Shown piece after piece: positions 1 through 10,891 of a DNA stretch of 34,911 bases (the first letter of the stretch is position 1; every line of letters begins with the position of its first letter). The notes beneath the pieces are model-generated. The model was not told where the DNA came from. It did no database searches and saw nothing but the letters and a program-made list of their open reading frames with translations. This stretch comes from Nitrosospira sp. (lineage in GTDB: Bacteria > Pseudomonadota > Gammaproteobacteria > Burkholderiales > Nitrosomonadaceae), in NCBI GenBank assembly GCA_035280905.1, contig DATEEZ010000184.1, positions 1-34,911 of the forward strand, in the 5' to 3' direction. The translations under genes were made by a program, and so were the position numbers.

Positions 1-106
1 GGAATAGGTTTATCTCGGTTTGCAGCAGCCTATCGCATTCTGCAGAAAACAGGTTACAGCGTTTTAAGGGATCATAACGTTCGGTAGCACACTCTTCGCT
101 ACTCAT
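1..106 (-). CDS. Possible 5' end of a gene running off the window (MSSEECATERYDPLKRCNLFSAECDRLLQTEINLF...)
   Basis: ATG at 106-104 opens a frame with no stop to the window edge (35 codons); no recognisable motif. Confidence 0.25.
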   Translation of the reverse strand, partial: MSSEECATERYDPLKRCNLFSAECDRLLQTEINLF

Positions 107-443
107 GCTTGCTGGGAGGGAAATCATCCTCAATATGGATAGCCAACAATGAGATGAAAAAAGTGGCGTTATCTTGGGAGGTGCCGTTTTTACCCGGTCG
201 CTATCCGATCCTGTGGAAGCGCTTGCATTCAGAAAGAAAGCCCCCATGCCATCTTTTTCATCTTTTCCTTCAAGTTGCTCTTGAGTGCGGCGGAAGCGAC
301 TGCTCATCAGAGGTGTAAAATATAATCCGTATCTTTTGAGGAGGCCTGGGTTAGATCTCAATCCCGGCGGGCAGTGCAGGTAAGGGGTAGAGGCGGAGCA
401 GGGGAAGTTCAATGCCGTTTATGAGGGGGAGCGGGCAATTCGC

Positions 444-1931
444 TTACTTGACGATCTTTATGATCTGTCCCGCTTCCGGCTCGCCTTCGGGGTACTGCCC
501 ATTAAGCAAGCGCAGGTAGCTTTCGGCGTTTGTAGTAAGTGGCGATTTTCTCGCCAGGTCAGCATAGCGTAAACCTTCGGTTGCTTTAATGGTTCGGATT
601 TCGAGCGGGCGCAACGACTGTTTTTCCCTATCGGTAAGCGGCCGAAAGCTTTCGATTGTGCCTGAGATTTCTGACTGGTGCCGCTCGAACGCCACAGGAG
701 AGTCTGCGCTTCCTGCAAGGAGGTAAGCCTTGTTATCGTGATAAATCACACCTGCCTTGTATGGCTTTCCTTGCCGTGTGATGGAGGTGACAAGCGCTAC
801 AGGCAAACCATTATAGGTTGTCGACAGAATTTCAGTGGAGGATCCAAGGTTAAGGCGCTCGCGGGCAACGTCAGCGGGAGAGCCATCCGCGCTACCAAAA
901 AGACTCAAGGCCATCAGTGCGTCGCCATCCGGGCTGATTGCCAGAACTTCATCGGGCTTATTTTTTATCCGCCAATTGATCGGAAACGAAAGCGCAAAAC
1001 CCAACTCCTTGTGCTGGAACGAGTTTCCTCGCACAACTCCCTGGTTGGCGACATCTCCAAAAGCCATACCTTCGGTTTGATGCAAAAACTGGGTTCGACG
1101 GTCGTCGGTTGCCCCTGGTTGAACATATTGCTCCGCTTCACCCACGACTTTCTGTAATCGAGTGTCATTATCCGGATGGGTGGCAAAGAGGCCATGATAA
1201 CGTCGCGGCTCTCGCCCTTCCTGCTTTGCGGCTTCTATATCGAACAACTCCTGGTTTTTGAGTACGCGAATAACCCGGATCATCGCCTGTGGGTCGTAGC
1301 CACTTCTTGCGAGATATTCCGCGCCCAGGCGATCTGCCTCCAGTTCGTGGCCTCGCCCGTAGCCCAATACGAGAACACTGCCGGTAATACCGAGTAGGCT
1401 TTGTATACCCTGTATCGCCTGTCCGCCTAGTTGCGGCACAAATATTCCCACCAGCAAACCGCCGAGAGTGGCCGCGGTATTGGCGGCAACCGAAGCGCTA
1501 TATTGACGTACGATATGACGCGCCGTAACGTGGCCTATTTCATGCCCCAGCACAGCAGCGAGCTCGGCTTCTGAATTGAGGTACGCCAGAATGCCGCGCG
1601 TGATATAAATATGGCCGCCCGGCAAGGCAAAGGCATTTACCTGGGGACTGTCAAGGACAGTAAAATGATAGTCAAGCTGCGGCCGATGGCTTTTTTTAGC
1701 CAGCTTTTGCCCGACCTCGTTGACATAGCTTTGGAGGCTTGGTAAATCTTCATAAGTGCCGTACGCCTTGCGTATCTCGGCAGCGGCTTCCTGTCCCTTT
1801 TGTATCTCGTCCGCTTCCGACATGAGCGTGAAATTCTGCTTGCCGGTAACCGGATTAACAGCGCATCCGGCAAGCAGGTTCATGCAGCCGAGCACAACAG
1901 CGAATTTAAAAATGAGCTTCATAAAACTCAT
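444..1931 (-). CDS. M48-family zinc metalloprotease, predicted lipoprotein
   Basis: Lipobox LAGC, NAFALPGG, HEIGH zinc motif, ELEAD, THP motif; C-terminal extension. Confidence 0.9.
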   Translation of the reverse strand: MSFMKLIFKFAVVLGCMNLLAGCAVNPVTGKQNFTLMSEADEIQKGQEAAAEIRKAYGTYEDLPSLQSYVNEVGQKLAKKSHRPQLDYHFTVLDSPQVNAFALPGGHIYITRGILAYLNSEAELAAVLGHEIGHVTARHIVRQYSASVAANTAATLGGLLVGIFVPQLGGQAIQGIQSLLGITGSVLVLGYGRGHELEADRLGAEYLARSGYDPQAMIRVIRVLKNQELFDIEAAKQEGREPRRYHGLFATHPDNDTRLQKVVGEAEQYVQPGATDDRRTQFLHQTEGMAFGDVANQGVVRGNSFQHKELGFALSFPINWRIKNKPDEVLAISPDGDALMALSLFGSADGSPADVARERLNLGSSTEILSTTYNGLPVALVTSITRQGKPYKAGVIYHDNKAYLLAGSADSPVAFERHQSEISGTIESFRPLTDREKQSLRPLEIRTIKATEGLRYADLARKSPLTTNAESYLRLLNGQYPEGEPEAGQIIKIVK

Positions 1932-1947
1932 TTTATCCGCTGGAAAT

Positions 1948-1978
1948 AAAAAAGGCAGCCAAGGGACTGCCTTTTTTT
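1948..1978 (-). terminator. Intrinsic terminator after rpmE (potentially bidirectional)
   Basis: AAAAAAGGCAG-CCAAGGGA-CTGCCTTTTTTT hairpin with A/T tracts on both sides. Confidence 0.8.
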
Positions 1979-1997
1979 AAGGTTCAGTAATCGGCTA

Positions 1998-2222
1998 TCA
2001 GGCAGCCGGTTGCTTTTCCGCTTTCTTGCCGTATTTCTGACGGAACTTCTCGACACGCCCGGCAGTATCCACGATCTTCTGTTTGCCTGTATAGAACGGA
2101 TGACAGACCGAGCAAACTTCGATATGCAGGGGTTTGCCCATGGTGGAGCGGGTTTGAAAAGTACTACCGCAACTACAGGTCACGGTTATTTCCTGGTAAT
2201 CTGGATGAATATCTGGTTTCAT
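1998..2222 (-). CDS. rpmE: 50S ribosomal protein L31 (type A, Zn-binding)
   Basis: [13 protein letters not shown] and [19 protein letters not shown]. Confidence 0.97.
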   Translation of the reverse strand: MKPDIHPDYQEITVTCSCGSTFQTRSTMGKPLHIEVCSVCHPFYTGKQKIVDTAGRVEKFRQKYGKKAEKQPAA

Positions 2223-2283
2223 GAAATGATCCTCAGCTTGAGAATGCTCCCCACAAGGGCCGTTGGTTCGGGGAAAGCCCAGT

Positions 2284-2312
2284 ATTATCTCCTAGTCGGA
2301 AACGGGATGCAA
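2284..2312 (-). promoter_or_regulatory. Putative sigma70 promoter of rpmE
   Basis: Minus strand TTGCAT-N17-GATAAT about 60 bp upstream of the start. Confidence 0.45.
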
Positions 2313-2362
2313 CAAGGCAGTCCCGGTGGCGGAGCTCCCGATGTTTTGGATCGAATATTAAG

Positions 2363-2605
2363 CCTAGAAACCGCAGTTGACCGCTTATTTGGAGAGCCAG
2401 GCCTATGGGATATAGAGGCATTGTCCAAATTTTCTCATTCACTGCAATGGGGAGGCCGCTACAAGGTTGTATCGTATGTCGGTCGCTGCAGGTGCGAATG
2501 CGGTGTTGCTCTTCGTTGCAGGGGGGGTGGCCCTGCAGTCTCATCCCGCCTTGCCTCGCACCTGGATCACCGCACGCTCCACCCCGTCCAACTACGGTTT
2601 CTAGG
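2363..2605. mobile_element. MITE-like element, family A (243 bp, no transposase)
   Basis: 17-bp terminal inverted repeats CCTAGAAACCGCAGTTG (2363-2379) / CAACTACGGTTTCTAGG (2589-2605), 1 mismatch; flanks TTAAG/TTAAA; internal nested hairpins. Confidence 0.75.
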
Positions 2606-3865
2606 TTAAACCCGCCGCATTGAATCGAAGAAATCCGCGTTGTTCTTCGTTGCCTTGATCTTGTCGAGCAGAAATTCCATTGCTTCCATGTCATCCATCG
2701 GGTAGAGCAGTTTGCGCAGCACCCAGATTTTCTGCAACACATCGGGCTTGATCAGGAGTTCTTCCCGGCGGGTGCCGGAACGGTTGACATTGATCGCGGG
2801 ATAAATGCGTTTTTCCGCCATGCGCCGGTCGAGATGGATTTCCATGTTCCCGGTGCCCTTGAATTCCTCATAAATCACATCATCCATGCGCGAGCCAGTG
2901 TCGACGAGAGCGGTGGCAATAATGGTAAGAGAGCCGCCTTCTTCGATATTGCGCGCCGCGCCAAAAAACCGCTTCGGGCGCTGCAAGGCGTTGGCATCTA
3001 CACCACCCGTCAGCACTTTGCCGGAAGCAGGGACCACCGTGTTATAGGCGCGAGCGAGTCGGGTGATGGAATCCAGCAGTATCACGACGTCTTTCTTGTG
3101 TTCCACCAGCCGTTTGGCTTTTTCGATGACCATATCCGCCACCTGTACATGCCGTACAGCCGGCTCATCGAAAGTGGAAGAAATCACTTCACCTCTTACT
3201 GACCGGATCATCTCGGTCACTTCTTCGGGTCGCTCGTCTATTAGCAGCACCATCAGCATCACATCCGGGCAGTTAGCCGCGATAGCGTGCGCGATGTGCT
3301 GAAGCATAACGGTTTTACCCGATTTGGGACTGGCTACCAGCAGGCCACGTTGTCCTTTGCCGATAGGGGCAATCAGATCGATGATGCGACTGGTAACGTT
3401 TTCTTCGGCTTTGATCTCGCGTTCAAGCAGCAGCCGCTCAGTGGGAAAGAGCGGGGTGAGATTTTCAAACAGTATCTTATGCTTGGAGTTTTCGGGTGGT
3501 TCTCCATTGACCTTATCGACCTTGACCAGCGCGAAATAACGCTCCCCGTCCTTGGGCGTACGTATTTCACCCTCTATCGAATCCCCGGTATGAAGGTTGA
3601 AGCGTCTTATCTGGCTGGGTGAGACATAAATGTCATCCGGACCGGCAAGATATGAGGTATCGGGAGAACGCAAAAAACCGAAACCATCCTGCAGTACTTC
3701 CAGTGTGCCCTCGCCGAAAATACTTTCGCCTTTCCGCGCCTGATTCTTCAATAACGCGAAAATCAGATCCTGTTTCCGCAGGCGGTTGGCTCCGTCAATT
3801 TCATTGGCGATGGCCATTTCCACCAGTTCGGTGACATGGAAGTTTTTGAGGTCGGATAAATGCAT
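2606..3865 (-). CDS. rho: Transcription termination factor Rho
   Basis: 419 aa; [26 protein letters not shown]...[27 protein letters not shown]. Confidence 0.99.
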   Translation of the reverse strand: MHLSDLKNFHVTELVEMAIANEIDGANRLRKQDLIFALLKNQARKGESIFGEGTLEVLQDGFGFLRSPDTSYLAGPDDIYVSPSQIRRFNLHTGDSIEGEIRTPKDGERYFALVKVDKVNGEPPENSKHKILFENLTPLFPTERLLLEREIKAEENVTSRIIDLIAPIGKGQRGLLVASPKSGKTVMLQHIAHAIAANCPDVMLMVLLIDERPEEVTEMIRSVRGEVISSTFDEPAVRHVQVADMVIEKAKRLVEHKKDVVILLDSITRLARAYNTVVPASGKVLTGGVDANALQRPKRFFGAARNIEEGGSLTIIATALVDTGSRMDDVIYEEFKGTGNMEIHLDRRMAEKRIYPAINVNRSGTRREELLIKPDVLQKIWVLRKLLYPMDDMEAMEFLLDKIKATKNNADFFDSMRRV

Positions 3866-4018
3866 GGACGGAACTCGTGGGTGAAATAGGGACGTAAAGC
3901 GTCAGGAAACGTTGGGGGAAACTGATGGGGCCGAACGAGAATTCGAAACGGCGAATCTAATCGAAACGGAAACTAAACGGAGCGCTTAGGGAATGCCTCA
4001 GTTACTAACTTAGCAGTT

Positions 4019-4342
4019 TTAGATATGACTGTCAATAAAAGCAGTGAGCTGGGATTTTGAGAGCGCGCCCACTTTGGTTGCTTCAATATTTCCGTTTTTA
4101 AAAAGCATAAGGGTTGGGATACCGCGAATACCGTACTTGGGCGGCGTAGCCTGGTTTTCGTCAATATTGAGCTTGGCGACTTTGAGTCGATCCCCGTATT
4201 CTTTGGCTACCTCATCGAGGATGGGCGCTATCATCTTGCACGGTCCGCACCACTCTGCCCAATAGTCAACCAACACAGGTACTGTCGACTGCAATACTTC
4301 GGTTTCAAAGTTTCCGTCAGAAATATGATGGGTATGACTCAT
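4019..4342 (-). CDS. trxA: Thioredoxin 1
   Basis: WAEWCGPCK active site, GIPTL; conserved trxA-rho order; ATG at 4342 preferred over TTG at 4363. Confidence 0.97.
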   Translation of the reverse strand: MSHTHHISDGNFETEVLQSTVPVLVDYWAEWCGPCKMIAPILDEVAKEYGDRLKVAKLNIDENQATPPKYGIRGIPTLMLFKNGNIEATKVGALSKSQLTAFIDSHI

Positions 4343-4576
4343 GGGTTTTTCCAAATGGCTCAAATGAAATATGTGCGACTACGTCCGGTTAATTCTGCAA
4401 TGGACAGGGGTATATTAATGATGCTTGCCACATCGACACCAGAAGTGGCAGGGACAGATACAAGAATAACAGGAATTATATTTTTGCTGCTTCTTTGTAG
4501 ACCAGCATTTATGGGCGGTCTGTAATTTTTCAGTATCCTAGCGAAAAAAAACGAGAAAGGGAAGTACCATTTTAAG

Positions 4577-4931
4577 GGAATCGCTGAACAAATTCTCCGC
4601 AGAGCGCGTTGCTGTCAAAATCGGGATGATCACGAGGCGCGCGACGAAGGTCGTGGCTTGCGCATTTACGTGCAGAGCGATGCCAAGGAGTGCCACGACC
4701 GCGGTCCAGCTTGCCCCGCAAGTGCCCGCATCCCGCTTCGAGGTCGCATCTTCCTTCGGAAGACACCGCTCCTCTCTTCGCGGTCGCCGCTCGATTTTGC
4801 TGCAACCCCGATGGGACGGAGCTTTGCGGGCGATCTGCTTTGTCAGGCTCCTCGCGAAGGACGCCCGGAAGCGTGGCCGAAGGACTCGAAAAGCCGCCGT
4901 CGCGCCTGCGAGGGATTTGTTCAGGGGTTCC
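4577..4931. mobile_element. MITE-like element, family B (355 bp), IS5-family-like ends
   Basis: TIRs GGAATCGCTGAACAAAT / ATTTGTTCAGGGGTTCC, flanked by the direct repeat TAAG (4573-4576, 4932-4935); related copies elsewhere in the window. Confidence 0.8.
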
Positions 4932-5052
4932 TAAGGTATCTCGATATAAGCAGCTCATTCAACCGTACAAGCAGCCATTCAAACGGTGGCGGGAGCAAAG
5001 CCTTGCAGATTGGCTTGCCCCGCTCGCAGCGGGGCAGCGAGCTTGTCAGAAA

Positions 5053-6750
5053 TCAACCCGTTTTTCCCCACGAATCGCGCAGTGTGACTGCGCGATTGAA
5101 TACACAGCTTCCCGGTTTTGTTTCCTTCAGATCGGCGACAAAGTAGCCATGACGCTCGAATTGAAAACGTTCTTCCGGTTGCACTACCGTGAGCTCGGGC
5201 TCGACATAGGCTGTAAGGACGTTCTTTGAATCCGGGTTTAGAAACGCTTTGTAGTCCTGGCCTCCTGCGTCAGGGTGAGCCTGGCTGAACAAGCGATCAT
5301 AAAGCCGTACTTCGACTTGTTGGGCATGAGCGGCCGAAAGCCAATGAATATTGCCCTTGACCTTGCGTTTATCGGCTCCGGGCGTCCCGCTCTTGCTGTC
5401 GGGATCATAAGTGCAATGGATTTCCACGATTTCGCCATTGGCGCCTTTCACAACATCCACGCATTTTACGATGTAGGCGTACCGCAACCTTACTTCGCCC
5501 CCAGGTGACAGGCGGAAATAGCCTTTGGGAGGGTTCTCCATGAAGTCGCTGCGCTCGATGTAGATCGTTCTTGTCAAGGGTACTACGCGGCTTCCCCATT
5601 CCGGTTTTTGTGGATGATTGGGGGCAATGCACTCTTCCTCGGTATTCTCCGGATAGTTATCGATAATGACCTTGAGCGGGTCGAGGATGGCCAGACGCCG
5701 CTGTGCGCGCTCATTCAGGTCTTCGCGCAGGCAATCTTCCAGGATGCCCATATCTATCCATGAATCGGCCTTGCTGACGCCGATGCGTTCCGCAAACAGC
5801 CGGATGGATTCCGGTGTATAGCCGCGTCGCCTTACTCCAGCAAGCGTATTCATGCGCGGGTCATCCCATCCGTCCACAAAACCCCCCGTAACCAGTTCGA
5901 TCAGCTTGCGCTTGCTCATGACTGTGTAGGTGAGATTCAAGCGCGCAAATTCGATCTGTTGCGGGTGGCATGGAACAACGTCCGCCAATTGATCCAATAC
6001 CCAATCATAAAGGGGACGGTGATCCTCGAATTCCAGCGTGCACAGGGAGTGCGTGATCCTTTCCAGTGCGTCGGATATGCAGTGGGTGTAATCATACATT
6101 GGGTAAATACACCATTTGTCACCTGTCCGATGATGACGGACATGGCGAATCCGGTAAATCACGGGATCGCGCAGGTTAATATTGGAGGAAGTCATATCGA
6201 TTTTGGCGCGCAGAACGTGAGCACCGTCAGGAAACTCGCCAGCCTTCATGCGACGGAACAGGTCAAGATTTTCCTCGATGGAGCGGTCACGATAGGGACT
6301 GTTTTCGCCCGCCTCGGTAAGTGTCCCCCGCAGCGCACGCATTTCCTCTGCAGTCAGGCTGTCCACGTATGCTTTACCCTTCTTGATGAGGTGTTCGGCA
6401 AACTCGTAGAGCTTGTCAAAATAATCGGATGCGTAGTGCAGGTGCTCGTCCCATTCAAAGCCGAGCCATCGTACTGCATCCATTATTGAGTCGACATACT
6501 CTTGCTCTTCCTTTTCCGGGTTGGTGTCATCGAAGCGCAGATGGCATACGCCGTTATAATCCCGGGCCAGGCCGAAATTGAGGCAAATGCTTTTGGCATG
6601 ACCGATGTGCAGGTAGCCGTTGGGTTCGGGTGGAAAGCGCGTTTCGACCCGTCCGTCCCACTTACCGGTACGATTGTCTTCTTCGATAATATTGCGTATG
6701 AAATTGGAAGAAGGCGGTGTTACACCGCCAGGTGTAGCTTTTTCGTTCAA
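5053..6750 (-). CDS. glnS: Glutamine--tRNA ligase
   Basis: [19 protein letters not shown] motif, [17 protein letters not shown]; TTG start. Confidence 0.98.
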   Translation of the reverse strand: MNEKATPGGVTPPSSNFIRNIIEEDNRTGKWDGRVETRFPPEPNGYLHIGHAKSICLNFGLARDYNGVCHLRFDDTNPEKEEQEYVDSIMDAVRWLGFEWDEHLHYASDYFDKLYEFAEHLIKKGKAYVDSLTAEEMRALRGTLTEAGENSPYRDRSIEENLDLFRRMKAGEFPDGAHVLRAKIDMTSSNINLRDPVIYRIRHVRHHRTGDKWCIYPMYDYTHCISDALERITHSLCTLEFEDHRPLYDWVLDQLADVVPCHPQQIEFARLNLTYTVMSKRKLIELVTGGFVDGWDDPRMNTLAGVRRRGYTPESIRLFAERIGVSKADSWIDMGILEDCLREDLNERAQRRLAILDPLKVIIDNYPENTEEECIAPNHPQKPEWGSRVVPLTRTIYIERSDFMENPPKGYFRLSPGGEVRLRYAYIVKCVDVVKGANGEIVEIHCTYDPDSKSGTPGADKRKVKGNIHWLSAAHAQQVEVRLYDRLFSQAHPDAGGQDYKAFLNPDSKNVLTAYVEPELTVVQPEERFQFERHGYFVADLKETKPGSCVFNRAVTLRDSWGKTG

Positions 6751-6972
6751 GTTGGACCTCTCGAAAGGGAATCCCTTGCTCGTCTTTTCTCAGACTTGAT
6801 GGACAAACGGGAATGTGGCTCTGCTCCGACCTGTTCAGTTGTACTTGCCCGGCTGCTCATTATAGTTGAATAACGCATCCAGCCAAATTTGCGGTGGCTT
6901 CTGGCGCTTTCTTCTGCGGCGAGCGAGAACGCGGCATAGCAAAGTTCCATTTATTTGCACTACACTGATTAC

Positions 6973-7962
6973 ATGAATCCACTCGCCTTCTCCATTCTCC
7001 GGCTGTTGAGGGATAACGAATTTCATTCAGGTCCGGCTATTGCTGAAGCCCTGGGAGTTTCCCGCGCCAGCATATCGAACGCACTCCGGGACGTGGATGA
7101 AGCCGGGTTGACCATCCATAAAATCAAGGGGCGCGGCTACCGCCTGCTCGACCAGGTGCAATGGCTGGAACGTAATATCATTCTTGAGCATCTCGGCGAT
7201 CAACGGGACAAGTTCAATCTGGAGATACTCGATACGATCGATTCGACCAATAGCCTTTTGCTGCATGAAGCGGACAACCGGTTGAGCACGGGTGACGGAC
7301 TCATTCATGTAGTAGCGGCCGAGCTGCAAACGAAGGGGCGTGGACGACGGGGGCGGCAATGGCACTCGGGCTTGGGAGTCGGCCTCGCATTTTCCGTGCT
7401 ATGGCGGTTTCAGCAAAGCGCGAGCTTCCTTTCAGGTTTGAGCCTCGCCATAGGAGTTGCAATAGTACGTGCGCTTGAATCCTCAGGGATACAAGGAGCC
7501 GTACTCAAATGGCCAAACGATGTCATGTTCAATTTCTGTAAACTGGCAGGCATACTGATAGAGCTGCATGGCGATATGCTCGGTCCCACCGTCGCTGTAA
7601 TCGGCGTAGGCATGAATCTGAAATTGTCCGACAGCGTTCAGGCGCGGATAGATCAGGGTGCAACGGATATTTTTTCCATCAGCGGCGAAATGCCGGATCG
7701 CAACAAATTGCTGGCTGAATTGTTGCTCAGTATTACTCAGGTGTTAAGAGAGTTTGAGCAGTCGGGTTTTGCGTCGTTCAAGGAGGAATGGGTTGATCGT
7801 CACGTATGTGAAGGCAAAGCTGTTACCCTCAAGCTACCTGACGGGTCGGGTCAGGAGGGGATGGTGCACGGGGTATCGGATAGCGGATCGTTATTGCTGC
7901 AAACGTCAGGGGGTCTTCGCAGTTTCAGCGGTGGCGAGATATCGCTGCGCAGGACAGAATAA
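6973..7962 (+). CDS. birA: Bifunctional biotin--[acetyl-CoA-carboxylase] ligase / HTH repressor
   Basis: N-terminal HTH (HSGPAIAEALGVSRASI), STN, QTKGRGRRGRQW, KWPND, KLAGILIE. Confidence 0.96.
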   Translation: MNPLAFSILRLLRDNEFHSGPAIAEALGVSRASISNALRDVDEAGLTIHKIKGRGYRLLDQVQWLERNIILEHLGDQRDKFNLEILDTIDSTNSLLLHEADNRLSTGDGLIHVVAAELQTKGRGRRGRQWHSGLGVGLAFSVLWRFQQSASFLSGLSLAIGVAIVRALESSGIQGAVLKWPNDVMFNFCKLAGILIELHGDMLGPTVAVIGVGMNLKLSDSVQARIDQGATDIFSISGEMPDRNKLLAELLLSITQVLREFEQSGFASFKEEWVDRHVCEGKAVTLKLPDGSGQEGMVHGVSDSGSLLLQTSGGLRSFSGGEISLRRTE

Positions 7963-8712
7963 ATGAAATCCCTTCTGCTGGCAGTGGATTCCGGGAACAC
8001 GCGCGTGAAATGGGGTTTGCACGATGGCGACAACTGGCTCAAGCAAGGGGTCGTGGCTCAGGGCGACACAGTGCGGCTCGAGCGCGAATGGAGGAATCTG
8101 CGCGAACCTTCACGTGTAGTGATATCGAATGTCGCCAACATCCAGATCAAGACTAGCCTGTCGGAGCTACTGGCACGATGGAAAGCAGAGCCGCAATGGA
8201 TTGCTGCGGTTCCCTATCAATGCGGTGTCCGCAACTATTACTCCAACCCTGCGCAGCTTGGAAGCGACCGCTGGGCGTCACTCGTGGCAGCATGGGCGCT
8301 GGAACGGCAGGGGTGCCTGGTAGTCGATGCGGGAACCGCCATGACGGTAGATGCCCTTTCCGATACAGGAGAATTTCTTGGAGGAATCATTACCCCTGGC
8401 ATTGATCTTATGCAGAAAGTGCTGGTGGAGGACATTGAATCGCTAAAATCAGGGGACGGAAAGTTTTGCGATTATCCTGACAGCACCGCCGATGCGCTCT
8501 ATAGCGGCGCTGTGCATGCGCTGGCAGGCGCAATCGAACGCATGTCGGCCTTGCTTGCCGGTACCCTCGGTCGCGTGCCTGAATGCATTCTCAGCGGCGG
8601 TGCAGCGCAGCAGTTGCAGCCCCAGCTTAACGTCAATGTGAAAGTAATGGATAATCTCGTTCTGCAAGGCCTGCTGGCCATTGCCCGGGAGACCTCCGAA
8701 ACAGCTTCGTAA
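7963..8712 (+). CDS. coaX: Type III pantothenate kinase
   Basis: DSGNTRVKW, LGSDRW, VVDAGTAMTVD, GGIITPG; directly follows birA. Confidence 0.95.
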   Translation: MKSLLLAVDSGNTRVKWGLHDGDNWLKQGVVAQGDTVRLEREWRNLREPSRVVISNVANIQIKTSLSELLARWKAEPQWIAAVPYQCGVRNYYSNPAQLGSDRWASLVAAWALERQGCLVVDAGTAMTVDALSDTGEFLGGIITPGIDLMQKVLVEDIESLKSGDGKFCDYPDSTADALYSGAVHALAGAIERMSALLAGTLGRVPECILSGGAAQQLQPQLNVNVKVMDNLVLQGLLAIARETSETAS

Positions 8713-8783
8713 GGCCCCACGGCTCCGTTGGAAGGTTCCATCGGAATTGATCAGCTTTTGCGTCCCACGGACGTAGATTGGAT

Positions 8784-9467
8784 ATGTCCGTTTTCCAGCA
8801 CGCAACCTTTTACACTACCGTCAGCGAGCTACGCGACCTGCCCCCGCCTGTTGGAGTCGAGATAGCCTTTGCCGGGCGCTCGAATGCAGGCAAGTCCAGT
8901 GCGATTAATGCTCTGGCAAATCGTAATCGTCTGGCTTTTGTCAGTAAAACGCCGGGACGAACTCAGCATTTGAATTTTTTCCGGTTGGGGAACAACAGGT
9001 TTCTGGTGGACCTGCCTGGCTATGGTTATGCAAAGGTGCCATCGGAAGTCCGTCAGCATTGGGAGCGCCTGCTCGGCACTTACCTGCAGACAAGGCAGTC
9101 GCTTCACGGCATGGTTCTTATCATGGATGCACGTCACCCCTTGACGCCGCTGGACCGGCAAATGCTTGCCTGGTTTGCTCCAACGGAGAAGCCGGTGCAT
9201 GTGCTGCTTACCAAATCGGACAAGCTTACGAGGCAGCAGGGACAAAAGGTTCTCAAAACCGTGCTGGCTTTTTTTCGTGAGTCTTATCCACAATGCAGCG
9301 TACAATTGTTTTCCAGCACAAGCAGAGAAGGTGTCGAGGAGGCGACTACCTTGCTTGATACATGGTTTAGATCAGGGGTCGACCCGGACGCTGCGGCGAT
9401 TGGGGAAGCCGGTGCGCCGGGGAGCAATAAGGGAAATGCGCCGGAAAACACCGAAGACCAGAAATAA
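8784..9467 (+). CDS. engB: Ribosome biogenesis GTPase YihA/YsxC
   Basis: [27 protein letters not shown]; about 30-aa low-complexity C-terminal tail. Confidence 0.96.
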   Translation: MSVFQHATFYTTVSELRDLPPPVGVEIAFAGRSNAGKSSAINALANRNRLAFVSKTPGRTQHLNFFRLGNNRFLVDLPGYGYAKVPSEVRQHWERLLGTYLQTRQSLHGMVLIMDARHPLTPLDRQMLAWFAPTEKPVHVLLTKSDKLTRQQGQKVLKTVLAFFRESYPQCSVQLFSSTSREGVEEATTLLDTWFRSGVDPDAAAIGEAGAPGSNKGNAPENTEDQK

Positions 9468-9501
9468 AAAACCCCCGGTTAAAGGGGAATAAAACCGGGG
9501 G
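9466..9501 (-). terminator. Intrinsic terminator of the candidate sRNA, convergent with engB
   Basis: Minus strand CCCCCGGTT-loop-AACCGGGGG-TTTTTT; U-tract only on the minus strand. Confidence 0.8.
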
Positions 9502-9570
9502 CAAACTACCTTAATAGGGATTAAGGTACCCGCTCAGGGAGGAAAAGCGGGAGACAAATAAACAACGTCT
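9466..9570 (-). ncRNA. Candidate small regulatory RNA with C-rich hairpin loops
   Basis: Consecutive perfect hairpins (9529-9551, 9507-9528, 9472-9501) ending in U6; sigmaE-type promoter directly upstream; no ORF. Confidence 0.7.
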
Positions 9571-9575
9571 GTCAG

Positions 9576-10659
<1,084 letters not shown>

Positions 10660-10729
10660 ACTCAGATGAGGGCCGGAGGAGGGCTGAGACAGGAGAACAG
10701 ATAGCCGACAGGAATTGCACGATTTCTAG

Positions 10730-10891
10730 AGCCTGTTAACACTTATTTCACGCTCGTCCCTCGTGTTGCCCACGAAAAAACGTGGATACTGCGTTGCTAA
10801 GCTTGGCCCATAGGTTCACTATGTCCTTCGCTTCGCGCCTACCTCCACCTTTTGTGCAGCAACGTGGGTCGCGAAATAAGTGTTAGCAGGC
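10730..10891. mobile_element. MITE-like element, family C (about 162 bp), rod-like palindrome
   Basis: TIRs GCCTGTTAACACTTATTTCACG / CGCGAAATAAGTGTTAGCAGGC (20/22), CTAG on both sides (10726-10729, 10892-10895). Confidence 0.85.

Noticed and set aside
2010-2742. ORFs of 199, 169 and 72 aa spanning the rpmE-rho spacer
   Set aside because: They overlap real genes and the family-A element, and show no transposase motifs
4572-5229. Several overlapping ORFs of 102-179 aa on both strands
   Set aside because: No motifs; they lie within the GC-rich MITE or antisense to glnS
9472-9551. Plus-strand reading as a CsrB/RsmY-type RNA (GGA-containing loops)
   Set aside because: The U-tract and promoter both point to the minus strand; not fully excluded without expression data
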